DNA of 64,000 nucleotides from Lytechinus pictus (Eukaryota): NCBI RefSeq assembly GCF_037042905.1, contig NC_087252.1, positions 12,526,001 to 12,590,000 of the forward strand, read 5' to 3'. Shown piece by piece: positions 63,903 to 64,000 of this stretch (position 1 is its first letter; each line of letters starts with the position of its first letter). The notes under the pieces were generated by a model. It saw only the letters and a program-made list of their open reading frames with translations, ran no database searches and was not told where the DNA came from. The position numbers and the translations under genes were made by a program.

Positions 63903-63958
63903 GACGCTTCTGACGAAGTCTTAATAAAAAGACGAAAGCTAAAGCTAATAATGGTGTC
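63903..63958 (+). ncRNA. Minimal type I hammerhead ribozyme motif, Penelope-like
   Basis: CTGACGA-a-GTCTT-aataaa-AAGAC-GAAA-GC-taaa-GC-TA. The core and stem II are intact, stem III is short and stem I (gacgct/ggtgtc) is imperfect. Confidence 0.55.
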
Positions 63959-64000
63959 CTGCGTCATCTGTTGAGTACGTTGGCCTCGCCTCATCTCATC

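Overview
AT-rich, transposon-dense eukaryotic DNA. The repeat types (tRNA-headed SINE with a (TAT)n tail, Helentron-like elements, TTAA- and TA-site MITEs) suggest a marine invertebrate, probably a sea urchin, but this is inference. Bases 1-16824 are about 14.5 nearly identical copies of a 1164-bp unit. Each unit carries a 34-bp hairpin resembling the left end of a non-autonomous Helentron (HINE) and a minus-strand tRNA-derived Pol III cassette (A box, B box, T24 terminator). The array ends in three short stacked copies of a related hairpin terminus, inserted into the arm of a TTAA-ended MITE. The rest of the window is nested transposon debris: a decayed L1/Tx1 LINE, a second LINE 3' fragment, a SINE, a 5.3-kb palindromic foldback element, an 8-kb TIR element in (TA)n that contains a 4.9-kb TA-site element, a BEL/Pao relic split by a mariner-type MITE, a piggyBac-like nest and an L2 relic inside long inverted repeats. 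The only credible host coding sequence is a 342-aa helical exon (36907-37959, minus) with a central hydrophobic hairpin, suggestive of a ClyA/Hbl- or ApoL-like membrane-inserting protein. Also present are a tRNA-like fold with a UCA anticodon and a minimal hammerhead ribozyme motif at the window end.
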